The position numbers and the translations under genes were made by a program. Shown piece by piece: positions 6,613 to 13,989 of a DNA stretch of 31,062 nt (within the stretch, counting starts at the first letter, position 1; every line of letters begins with the position of its first letter). The notes beneath the pieces are model-generated. The model saw only the letters and a list, made by a program, of their open reading frames with translations, had not been told where the DNA came from and searched no databases. The stretch is from positions 1-31,062 of the IMG/VR virus record IMGVR_UViG_3300026270_000016; one strand, written 5' to 3'. Source of the DNA: a virus. Its lineage: Duplodnaviria > Caudoviricetes.

Positions 6613-6700
6613 TGTAATGTGTCCTTATGGGTTTGTACACTGGTCGTCTTGCTTTCATGTATATCTTGAGGAGCAATTCAGTGGGTAATTGTAATGACAT
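6593..6700 (-). CDS. Small basic hypothetical protein (35 aa)
   Basis: ATG 6700, MSLQLPTELLLKIYMKARRP...; bridges its neighbours. Confidence 0.55.
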   Translation of the reverse strand: MSLQLPTELLLKIYMKARRPVYKPIRTHYNANTFG

Positions 6701-6818
6701 ACTTTGTTGTTTCTTCTCCTCTACTGTTCTTTGTTTCATACTTGGTGAAGTCAGCATTGAGTAATGTGGCAAGTTCATTTAAACGAGTGATGATACGTTC
6801 TTCACGTTCACTTGTCAT
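6678..6818 (-). CDS. Hypothetical protein (46 aa; start revised)
   Basis: ATG 6818, MTSEREERIITRLNELA... Confidence 0.65.
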   Translation of the reverse strand: MTSEREERIITRLNELATLLNADFTKYETKNSRGEETTKYVITITH

Positions 6819-6939
6819 TCTCTTTACCTTTCCTATTCTTAATGGGCATTGGTTTTTCCATCTTCCACTTCTTAAACATGATCTTATTCTCATGTCTTAC
6901 GTGGTTACGAATTGATTCTCTATCAGTCCAGTCAGTCAT
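6808..6939 (-). CDS. Small basic protein (43 aa); not in ORF track
   Basis: MTDWTDRESIRNHVRHENKIMFKKWKMEKPMPIKNRKGKENDK; GGAGG upstream, TAATG-coupled. Confidence 0.6.
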   Translation of the reverse strand: MTDWTDRESIRNHVRHENKIMFKKWKMEKPMPIKNRKGKENDK

Positions 6940-7373
6940 TAAAGTCCTCCTTTGTACTTGTATGCTGTGTACTCATGTTGTTTCAGTTTGTACTTTTTGA
7001 TGTGATTCTTGATCCTGTCTTCACCATCGAACCATGCTTTATTTAACCTGTCAGACCATGCTTCACAGGGAAAGAATGCATAGGGAAACCGTGGTAAATG
7101 TGGGAAGTATTCTAGGTTACTACTTGCTGTTACCTTTGGTGCGGTTGCCCTCACTCTCTTCTTTGGCGATGACTTTGAGTCTACTGTTGTAGTCGTAGTC
7201 TTCTTTGTTGAGTTCTTCGTTGATCCTTGAGGGATCCCAGAACTCAAGTTCTCCACGCTCTTGGAGAATGTAGAAGCAGTCTTTGCGGATTGCGTTGATG
7301 AAGTCTTCTTCCGTCCAGTTGTTGAAGACTTTTTCGATTGGGTCGTTTTCGTCCCACGTGATTTTGATGCCAT
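6939..7373 (-). CDS. Hypothetical protein with a Ser/Thr/Lys-rich N-terminus (start uncertain)
   Basis: 144-aa ORF; C-terminal 60 aa look globular; N-terminal part overlaps 7120..7398. Confidence 0.6.
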   Translation of the reverse strand: MASKSRGTKTTQSKKSSTTGRKKTSSTQSAKTASTFSKSVENLSSGIPQGSTKNSTKKTTTTTVDSKSSPKKRVRATAPKVTASSNLEYFPHLPRFPYAFFPCEAWSDRLNKAWFDGEDRIKNHIKKYKLKQHEYTAYKYKGGL

Positions 7374-7398
7374 TAGGATCGTTGTTGAAATTAATCAT
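7120..7398 (-). CDS. Hypothetical acidic protein (ITWDENDP...WTEEDF)
   Basis: ATG 7398 overlaps the stop of the upstream gene; 92 aa. Confidence 0.7.
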   Translation of the reverse strand: MINFNNDPNGIKITWDENDPIEKVFNNWTEEDFINAIRKDCFYILQERGELEFWDPSRINEELNKEDYDYNSRLKVIAKEESEGNRTKGNSK

Positions 7399-8080
7399 GA
7401 ATGTAATTGTTTTCCTCCAACCATAATCGTGTAAGAGGAGTCGGTTCGTACTCTGTCCACATACTACCACGAGAACATGCTTCAAGTGCTTGAATGGTCA
7501 TGTTCTCTGCTCTACCTGCCCATTGTGCTTCTGCTTCCCATGGTACAGACTCTTTGGGATACGTGCGTTCCGCAAGTGTCCTCCATAACATGGGTACAGA
7601 CTCCTCAGGAAGAATGATTGCAAGCATACTATTCTCAATAGTACCTGCCATACAATCCTGTGCTGCGTGCCATCCCTCATGTCTCATCAACATCATCAAC
7701 ACACTTGGTTCACCCATATACTCTCTGTTAAGAAAGAAGTTGTTACCTACTGTGTGATAGATGCCACGATGATTCACTGGAAAGTACTTGGAGTCTGCCA
7801 GATAGACCTTAACACCGATTTGATGCAAGACGCTCAACATATAGTTAAACTCTTGTGCATGTGGTGTAAACTGTTCTGTATTGGTATACTCACTGCTGAT
7901 ATCCAACAATGAGAATACTTCATCTACATTGTCCTTACACTCACGTAGGAGCATACATCCCATTGAATCATATGATTTGAATCCTTTGGTGATCTTGCTC
8001 TCATTTGCGAGTGCTTGTCCTGTAATGTATCCTGTTGTGAGTGATGCTGCTGCTGCAATACTAAGAAGTACGTTTCTCAT
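7391..8080 (-). CDS. Signal-peptide-bearing HExxH (zincin-like) protein
   Basis: MRNVLLSIAAAAS...ALA signal-like N-terminus from ATG 8080; RHEGWHAAQ and downstream WEAEA. Confidence 0.75.
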   Translation of the reverse strand: MRNVLLSIAAAASLTTGYITGQALANESKITKGFKSYDSMGCMLLRECKDNVDEVFSLLDISSEYTNTEQFTPHAQEFNYMLSVLHQIGVKVYLADSKYFPVNHRGIYHTVGNNFFLNREYMGEPSVLMMLMRHEGWHAAQDCMAGTIENSMLAIILPEESVPMLWRTLAERTYPKESVPWEAEAQWAGRAENMTIQALEACSRGSMWTEYEPTPLTRLWLEENNYIHD

Positions 8081-8219
8081 GGTCAATTGCTCCCTGTTCC
8101 TTGATACGTTGTAGTAGTTCTTCTGCGAGTGCGTGTTTCTGTTCATTACATGCTGTCATGTAATCTATAATCAGTTGACGCATTTCATCTGATAGTTCAA
8201 TTGAGTTGTCCGAGTCCAT
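8061..8219 (-). CDS. Small helical protein (52 aa); not in ORF track
   Basis: MDSDNSIELSDEMRQLIIDYMTACNEQKHALAEELLQRIKEQGAIDHEKRTS fills the gap. Confidence 0.6.
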   Translation of the reverse strand: MDSDNSIELSDEMRQLIIDYMTACNEQKHALAEELLQRIKEQGAIDHEKRTS

Positions 8220-8415
8220 AGTCAGCGAATAAGGTGTCTTCTTCTTCTAGTTGATTGGGATCCATCCACTCATAGAACTCATCAGCAAGGTTCAATGCAT
8301 CATCAACACGATCTTCTGCCATCAGTACTCTAAACCGATCGACACACCAATCGTAAATCATGTCACGTTGCTCTGAGATACGTGCAGTTGTTTCTTCGTC
8401 GTGAGTAAAGTTCAT
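8197..8415 (-). CDS. Hypothetical acidic protein
   Basis: 72-aa ORF, ATGA-coupled. Confidence 0.8.
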   Translation of the reverse strand: MNFTHDEETTARISEQRDMIYDWCVDRFRVLMAEDRVDDALNLADEFYEWMDPNQLEEEDTLFADYGLGQLN

Positions 8416-8660
8416 AGTTTTTTGGCAAATAGAATGTTGGAAAGATGATCGTACTGAATAAATTCTACATCATCAGGGAGTAGTGAGACAGCAGCGGCAG
8501 CGAAGTCGTTAGGAAACTTCTTAAACATTCGCCAAAACTTCTCAATACCATCGTAGTCTAGGTCATCATGCGGAAGTACACGAACCTCCCAGTCTCCACG
8601 AGTATATCTATTCGGGAATGGATTGATATAGTCGCGGATGTGCTCTTGGAGCATGTTCAT
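8412..8660 (-). CDS. Hypothetical protein
   Basis: 82-aa ORF, ATGA-coupled. Confidence 0.8.
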   Translation of the reverse strand: MNMLQEHIRDYINPFPNRYTRGDWEVRVLPHDDLDYDGIEKFWRMFKKFPNDFAAAAVSLLPDDVEFIQYDHLSNILFAKKL

Positions 8661-8887
8661 TTGACAAAGACCTCGTTGTGGTGTTCAATAGTAAGTGCTT
8701 CCATGTCTTGGAGTAGTTTGCACATGTATGCAACATACTCTACATCCTCATCAGAAGGATCTAGTTCATAACTCCTGTCCCAATCGACAGTGTTATCTTC
8801 AAATACAGGAGCACCGTAAATATAACCATCATCTTCCATTGCATATGCGTTGCCATCAGCAACGATATAGTAGTTTGGAATAGGCAT
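8657..8887 (-). CDS. Hypothetical acidic protein
   Basis: 76-aa ORF directly after a consensus sigma70 promoter. Confidence 0.8.
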   Translation of the reverse strand: MPIPNYYIVADGNAYAMEDDGYIYGAPVFEDNTVDWDRSYELDPSDEDVEYVAYMCKLLQDMEALTIEHHNEVFVK

Positions 8888-8912
8888 TTGAAAAAGAAGC
8901 GAGTGTGTTTAA

Positions 8913-8941
8913 AGTATACTATGTATTAGAGCGTTTGTCAA
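8913..8941 (-). promoter_or_regulatory. Sigma70-type promoter (no palindrome)
   Basis: TTGACA-17 nt-TATACT. Confidence 0.8.
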
Positions 8942-9360
8942 CGCATGTAGAGATATCCACCCGCCCAATCAGCATTTTGTTGTAAATACTCACGATCCTT
9001 GATCAGACGTAGGTCATAGCGTACGTGCTTAGCAGGTGATTTCCAACCTGCTGGTTTGTACACCTCACCAGTTTTCTTATCAATGAATGCGTGAACACTA
9101 CGCTGATTATTCACCATTACGATCTTGTAGTACTTACGACCAGACTCACATACGAAATCATAGTCGCTGATACCTTTCTTTAACTCTTCAATTTGTTCTG
9201 TGTGATACTTACTGTTTGGTTCAGTAATAAGATAACGCTCATGACTCCTGATTGAATCGTTGATGTAGTTCTGCTTGAGTGCATTGCATAAGTCATTTGT
9301 CCATACTAGGACGTTCTGTGCAATTTGTTGTTGTGCTTCAGTGAATGTTGGAGTAATCAT
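8938..9360 (-). CDS. Conserved-type phage protein (GRKYYKI / SVHAFIDKKTGEVYKPA motifs)
   Basis: ATG 9360 downstream of cassette 12; 140 aa. Confidence 0.85.
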   Translation of the reverse strand: MITPTFTEAQQQIAQNVLVWTNDLCNALKQNYINDSIRSHERYLITEPNSKYHTEQIEELKKGISDYDFVCESGRKYYKIVMVNNQRSVHAFIDKKTGEVYKPAGWKSPAKHVRYDLRLIKDREYLQQNADWAGGYLYMR

Positions 9361-9384
9361 GAGGTGTCTTGTGTTGATGTTCTT

Positions 9385-9443
9385 AGTATAACGCGGAGTG
9401 TGGCACAAAACCACACTCAGTGTACACTTTGATAACTGTCACA
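9385..9443 (-). promoter_or_regulatory. Palindrome-promoter cassette 12
   Basis: -10 TATACT 9385-9390; perfect 8-bp stem GAGTGTGG/CCACACTC 9396-9418; palindrome gtgtacactttgataactgtcaca 9420-9443. Confidence 0.85.
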
Positions 9444-9445
9444 CA

Positions 9446-9646
9446 CTAGAATGGGCAATCATCTGGTACAGTGTATGTTGATTGTTCTCCGCACATCCAC
9501 TTAGTACGTTGTTCATCTTGCCACATCATATCCGCAACACGTTTAGACATTGCATCTACATGTTTACGTTCTAGCATTTGCTGTCCAGACAGATTATATT
9601 CATTCATATACTCTGTCCAGACGATATCTCTGTATAGATTGTTCAT
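9446..9646 (-). CDS. Hypothetical protein
   Basis: 66-aa ORF, ATGA-coupled. Confidence 0.75.
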   Translation of the reverse strand: MNNLYRDIVWTEYMNEYNLSGQQMLERKHVDAMSKRVADMMWQDEQRTKWMCGEQSTYTVPDDCPF

Positions 9647-9792
9647 CGCAACAGATCAAGTGCTTCTTGTGATAGTTGTTCACGTGGCATGTCATCTACC
9701 AAGAATGGTTCTTCATTCTCCCATGCTGTTTCTGCTTGATCTAGATTTTGCAGCAACCAACGGTCGAGCATTACTTCGTTCATTTGTCTCAT
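9643..9792 (-). CDS. Small acidic protein (49 aa); not in ORF track
   Basis: MRQMNEVMLDRWLLQNLDQAETAWENEEPFLVDDMPREQLSQEALDLLR, after cassette 13. Confidence 0.7.
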   Translation of the reverse strand: MRQMNEVMLDRWLLQNLDQAETAWENEEPFLVDDMPREQLSQEALDLLR

Positions 9793-9809
9793 TTGTATAG
9801 GACTCATTT

Positions 9810-9867
9810 AATATACATCATTTCGATGTGAATGGGGGTGATGGTAGACAGTTTGATAACTGGTTGT
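9810..9867 (-). promoter_or_regulatory. Palindrome-promoter cassette 13
   Basis: -10 TATATT 9810-9815; palindrome gtagacagtttgataactggttgt 9844-9867. Confidence 0.65.
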
Positions 9868-9988
9868 AGAGTATACCATCATTTACTGATTTATGGTAGA
9901 AAGATTTGGAATCTGCTTCCATCATCATATCCATGATAAATCGAATCTGAGAGGGAGTCAATGGTACTTGGGTAGTTTGTTCAATCAT
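9818..9988 (-). CDS. Hypothetical protein (56 aa); not in ORF track
   Basis: MIEQTTQVPLTPSQIRFIMDMMMEADSK...; ATGA overlap with the MTase stop. Confidence 0.65.
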   Translation of the reverse strand: MIEQTTQVPLTPSQIRFIMDMMMEADSKSFYHKSVNDGILYNQLSNCLPSPPFTSK

Positions 9989-10932
9989 AAGTAGTTCAAT
10001 ACGCTTGTAGACGGTTCTAGAAGGGTCTGAGGTAGTGTGTTGATCCTTTGTTGTATCAGATCACCATAATCCTCATGCAATTCACACCCAATATAATACC
10101 TATCGAGTTGTTTTGCAACTGCTGCTGTAGTTCCTGATCCCATGAACGGATCGAGAATAATATCTCCCTTCTCACTACCTGCTAGTATGCATGGTTTGAT
10201 CAGTTCCTCAGGATAGGTAGCGAAGTGTGCTCCCTTGTATGGTTTCTTATTCACTGTCCATACTGATCTCTTATTCTTCTTCTCGTAACTCTTTGTTAAC
10301 CCTGTATGAGGGGATAGACCAGTGCCAGCATTATGATACTTGCCTTTACTACGGTCGCGAGTGCCCCAGTCCCTAGCAGGTTCTTTGATCGCTTCATTGT
10401 CATAGTGGTAGTGCTTACTCTTACTCAAGAGAAAGATATACTCATGTGCTTTTGTGCATCTATCTCTTACACTCTCAGGCATAGGATTAGGTTTATGCCA
10501 TATAATATCTTGTCTTAGATACCAACCATCCGCACGTAATGCGAATGCAAGCATCCAAGGTATACCAATTAGATCTTTACTCTTGTATCCCTTGAGTTTA
10601 TTACCTCTAACTGGTGTACTCATGGGTAAATCTTGTCTAGTCTTGGATACTGATTGCTGTGGATAGTTACCATCACTCCTGTAATTATAGTATGAGTCAC
10701 CAATATTCAACCATAGTGTGCCATCATCCGTAAGACAATCACGCACTAGTGCGAACACCTTAACCATTTCATCCACATACTCCTCTGGACTCTGCTCCAT
10801 GCCTATCTGACTCTCCTCCCCACCATAGTCACGTAGACCATAGTATGGTGGAGAAGTGACGCACATCCGTGCCTTCTCATCAAACTGTGTGAGTGTGTCT
10901 CTACAGTCGCCAAATAAAATAGTGTCTTTCAT
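9985..10932 (-). CDS. DNA amino-methyltransferase (N4-C/N6-A), beta class
   Basis: N-terminal catalytic VTSPPYY, C-terminal SAM-binding DPFMGSGTT, HFATYP; start revised to MKDTILFGDC. Confidence 0.93.
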   Translation of the reverse strand: MKDTILFGDCRDTLTQFDEKARMCVTSPPYYGLRDYGGEESQIGMEQSPEEYVDEMVKVFALVRDCLTDDGTLWLNIGDSYYNYRSDGNYPQQSVSKTRQDLPMSTPVRGNKLKGYKSKDLIGIPWMLAFALRADGWYLRQDIIWHKPNPMPESVRDRCTKAHEYIFLLSKSKHYHYDNEAIKEPARDWGTRDRSKGKYHNAGTGLSPHTGLTKSYEKKNKRSVWTVNKKPYKGAHFATYPEELIKPCILAGSEKGDIILDPFMGSGTTAAVAKQLDRYYIGCELHEDYGDLIQQRINTLPQTLLEPSTSVLNYL

Positions 10933-10938
10933 AAAATC

Positions 10939-10967
10939 AGTATAACATACATTAAACAAACTGTCTA
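10939..10967 (-). promoter_or_regulatory. Sigma70-type promoter of the methyltransferase
   Basis: TAGACA-17 nt-TATACT with TGn extension. Confidence 0.65.
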
Positions 10968-11506
10968 CCCACACACCATCCAACCAGACTCTTTCTGATA
11001 CCCTTGGTAACAGGTGTCACACGATGAGCATGTATTGATGGAAATACTATCATAGTTCCTGCTTTACATGGAATGCGTTGTATACTCCATCCTAATTCTG
11101 ATCCAAACACTGGTTCAACAAACTCAAAGTGTCCACCCTCATAGTCATCATTTAATATGAGAGAGAATGACAACTTACGATGCCATAACTGGTTGTTCTT
11201 CCATATTTGATCAACATGCCAATCATACTTGTGACCAACATGGTAATGAGCATACTGATACTTACCTTCAGCAAATCCATCATTCAAATTGAATTTGTAC
11301 TCATCTTCATTAATTACTTGTACATGGTGTCTACAGAACTTACCAACCCAATCATTATCATAACGCATACAAACTTTAGTTCTACGTGTGTCTGATAATA
11401 CTGCTTGTCCGTTCTGTACAATCATACCATCACCAAATTTAGATGTAGTATCCAAGAACTCTATCATCTTTGGTGGTATACCAATATCACCCAAAGTATA
11501 ATACAT
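10952..11506 (-). CDS. 2OG-Fe(II) oxygenase (PKHD/prolyl-hydroxylase-like)
   Basis: WHVD, RKLSFSLILNDDYEGG, HRVTPV, RKSLVGW. Confidence 0.9.
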   Translation of the reverse strand: MYYTLGDIGIPPKMIEFLDTTSKFGDGMIVQNGQAVLSDTRRTKVCMRYDNDWVGKFCRHHVQVINEDEYKFNLNDGFAEGKYQYAHYHVGHKYDWHVDQIWKNNQLWHRKLSFSLILNDDYEGGHFEFVEPVFGSELGWSIQRIPCKAGTMIVFPSIHAHRVTPVTKGIRKSLVGWCVGRQFV

Positions 11507-11664
11507 TAGTCTTGATACAAAGGAATGATGTCAGTTCTTACGTGTTGGGTTTTGTTTATGTGCTGCTCCCACAGAGCGGCATCGTCCAAATTGTAGAAGA
11601 TCGCTTGTTGGCGGGACGTGGATCCCTTCTTCTTCTTTTTCATCCAAACGACAGCGTATTTCAT
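11506..11664 (-). CDS. Small basic protein (52 aa); not in ORF track
   Basis: MKYAVVWMKKKKKGSTSRQQAIFYNLDDAALWEQHINKTQHVRTDIIPLYQD; TAATG-coupled to the 11506 start. Confidence 0.65.
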   Translation of the reverse strand: MKYAVVWMKKKKKGSTSRQQAIFYNLDDAALWEQHINKTQHVRTDIIPLYQD

Positions 11665-11845
11665 GCCAATATTCAGGGTATACTAAAATGTTTACATAAT
11701 GTCTTCCCCACCTAGAGTTTGCACTCTTGGGTAGAGGTTGGTCGATAAAGCAAATCGTTAGATATGCATCATCGAGGAAGGAGATGTAACCTTTAACGTG
11801 GTGCCATTGCACAGGTTGAAGTAGTTCAAAATCATCCTTTTTCAT
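11531..11845 (-). CDS. Hypothetical protein (start revised)
   Basis: ATG 11845, MKKDDFELLQPV... Confidence 0.7.
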   Translation of the reverse strand: MKKDDFELLQPVQWHHVKGYISFLDDAYLTICFIDQPLPKSANSRWGRHYVNILVYPEYWHEIRCRLDEKEEEGIHVPPTSDLLQFGRCRSVGAAHKQNPTRKN

Positions 11846-12029
11846 CAAACAACTTCCTGTTAGCATTTGCTGGATTAGGTAGTCTTAATAATTGTTTGAG
11901 GTCATTCAATTCACTCAACTGTTTCTGCAAGTTATCAATCTGATTTTGCAGAATCTGAAAGTTGGTATCATTGTTGTTTTGCATCATCAGCATATTCTGG
12001 ATTGCCGATTTGAAGTCTTCCTCTTTCAT
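11832..12029 (-). CDS. Coiled-coil hypothetical protein
   Basis: 65 aa, heptad-like LQNQIDNLQKQLSEL. Confidence 0.75.
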   Translation of the reverse strand: MKEEDFKSAIQNMLMMQNNNDTNFQILQNQIDNLQKQLSELNDLKQLLRLPNPANANRKLFDEKG

Positions 12030-12180
12030 CTTCGTTGATTAATCTTAGTTGACGTTGTAGTTCGTATTCTACCACACACAAGTGTTGTTGTAAATACTTT
12101 TCCCACTTATTATCTTTAATAAGTTGATTCACGCTATTTATTTGTGATAACGCTTCTAGTAGTCTGGTCTTTTCATTCAT
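11968..12180 (-). CDS. Hypothetical protein
   Basis: 70-aa ORF, TAATG-coupled. Confidence 0.75.
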   Translation of the reverse strand: MNEKTRLLEALSQINSVNQLIKDNKWEKYLQQHLCVVEYELQRQLRLINEDERGRLQIGNPEYADDAKQQ

Positions 12181-12461
12181 TAGTATCTGTCAGGTATTTG
12201 GGATCTGATTTGTGATACTAGATCTTGATCAGAGGTGGGTCGATAACCATGCATTAGGGTTCTCAGTTCCTGAGTCCTATCTAGATTATTCTTGTGATAA
12301 CGAATCACATCATCGATGCAAGATAACATCTCTTCATATACCTGCTTTGGCGAAACCTTTGGATCTTGCAAGTAATCATCGATACAGTCTTGGAGACGTG
12401 CTTTACGTTGTTCTTCATAGGTCTTGTCTGGTCCTAAGTTAGGTCGGGTCATAAAATTCAT
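12180..12461 (-). CDS. Hypothetical protein
   Basis: 93-aa ORF in operon. Confidence 0.75.
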   Translation of the reverse strand: MNFMTRPNLGPDKTYEEQRKARLQDCIDDYLQDPKVSPKQVYEEMLSCIDDVIRYHKNNLDRTQELRTLMHGYRPTSDQDLVSQIRSQIPDRY

Positions 12462-12639
12462 CTTGACGACGTTTGTCTAGGTAAGTTACAATCTCGTCAC
12501 GCCACTCTAGCAACTCAGGATAACAGTTTTGATCCCTAGCGTCTTGGCGTAACTCATGGTCTGGTTTAAGCACACTCTCATAGAAGATAAAGAATGCATC
12601 TTTACGCTTCTCATCCTTTGTCCTGTCGTTCCAATCCAT
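12439..12639 (-). CDS. Hypothetical protein (start revised)
   Basis: ATG 12639, MDWNDRTKDEKRKDAFFIFYESVLKPD..., downstream of a promoter. Confidence 0.8.
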   Translation of the reverse strand: MDWNDRTKDEKRKDAFFIFYESVLKPDHELRQDARDQNCYPELLEWRDEIVTYLDKRRQDEFYDPT

Positions 12640-12659
12640 GGTTATTATGTGACTCAATT

Positions 12660-12687
12660 ATTATATAGATCCAGAGTTAGATGTCAA
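12660..12687 (-). promoter_or_regulatory. Sigma70-type promoter
   Basis: TTGACA-16 nt-TATAAT. Confidence 0.7.
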
Positions 12688-13786
12688 CCCCATCATGCCA
12701 TTGCTTGAATGACACTCGTGGCCAGATACCATACTCTTGACCTGCGTACGCTTTTGAGTTTAGCATAGGATAGTCCATTTGAACAGCAGATTCACGATAT
12801 TTCATGAAATCAACATCTGGTTCAAATGCTAGACTCTTGGCATAATCCCAGAATGGAGTATCGAATGCAGATCCGAACTGATAGTGCCATAATAGAAATG
12901 TTTCAAGTTGTTTCATGTACTTGATTACATCAGTATCACATGCAAACTTCGGTTTGCCATCCACAATATGTTCCCATGCATGACCTGCAACATTACGATA
13001 GAATGAAGTTGAGGTTGCTTCTAATGGTTCTACGAAAGAGAATCTATTACCATTAAGGATAGTTCTATCTCCTTTGAACATACTCTTAGCAATATAATTT
13101 CTAAATGTTAGATCACCATCAGGAACTACATTAAACATCTCATGCATATTAAATGCTGCTTCATCTTTAGATGTAATAATATTATTGTAGAGATAACCAT
13201 ATGATACACTATCATTATTTGGTATCACAAATGTCCATCCATCTTTAGTTGCAACACACTTAGTAAATGTTAAGTCTGGATCTCTACCATCTTGACGAGA
13301 GAGAAGCACTGCATTCAATGGATTGATTAGATTATTATACTCATCATAATCATTACCTGACCTACCTCTACAATCAAAGATGTAGTCAGCATCAATTTCT
13401 ACCTCAGGATCTATTACTTTCTTCTCAATCACATTTACATACTGTGATTCTCTTACTTTCTCTGATAGTCTATGTGTCTGGAAATGACATGCAATACTAT
13501 CCATGTAAAACTTATGGAAGATATGCTTTTGTTTCTTTCCCCAGTTCTCATACAATACACCAGTCTTGATCGTTGCACCAATATCATTATTCCACCAGTC
13601 TATGTTGAGACTAGCTGATATTAGCTGCAGCACATCAGGTGTAGCACCTTGTCCTACTCTCTCCATAGGAGTGTTTGGATCGTAGTACATATCGATCTCA
13701 AACAGTTCTTTACCATAGTATCCAAAGTTCAATGCTGTCATGCATCCAGCATTACCAGCACCTACAATTGCAATTTTCTTTTTCAT
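12677..13786 (-). CDS. Tryptophan halogenase (PrnA)-like flavoprotein
   Basis: IVGAGNAG FAD motif, GATIKTG, DCRG, GWTFVIP, FVEPLEAT. Confidence 0.85.
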   Translation of the reverse strand: MKKKIAIVGAGNAGCMTALNFGYYGKELFEIDMYYDPNTPMERVGQGATPDVLQLISASLNIDWWNNDIGATIKTGVLYENWGKKQKHIFHKFYMDSIACHFQTHRLSEKVRESQYVNVIEKKVIDPEVEIDADYIFDCRGRSGNDYDEYNNLINPLNAVLLSRQDGRDPDLTFTKCVATKDGWTFVIPNNDSVSYGYLYNNIITSKDEAAFNMHEMFNVVPDGDLTFRNYIAKSMFKGDRTILNGNRFSFVEPLEATSTSFYRNVAGHAWEHIVDGKPKFACDTDVIKYMKQLETFLLWHYQFGSAFDTPFWDYAKSLAFEPDVDFMKYRESAVQMDYPMLNSKAYAGQEYGIWPRVSFKQWHDGVDI

Positions 13787-13968
13787 TCTGATATTTGATC
13801 AACACTCATGATATCTGATACTGGCACCTCATGTTCACCTGCTATGAGATAATAATGCTCACCACCACGTTTCCCCAGATATTTCAACTCATCCTCTGGG
13901 AATTCATTCTCACGTAGCATCGCTTGTATCTGTAGATGTTTCAACTGGTCAGCGTCAGGCAATTCCAT
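13783..13968 (-). CDS. Hypothetical protein (61 aa; start revised)
   Basis: ATG 13968, MELPDADQLKHLQIQAML... Confidence 0.75.
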   Translation of the reverse strand: MELPDADQLKHLQIQAMLRENEFPEDELKYLGKRGGEHYYLIAGEHEVPVSDIMSVDQISE

Positions 13969-13989
13969 AGTCACACTATTTGTATGATC

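Noticed and set aside
8144-8163. Hairpin ATTACATG/CATGTAAT as a regulatory element
   Set aside because: AT-rich, lies inside the 8061..8219 ORF, no U-tract or associated promoter
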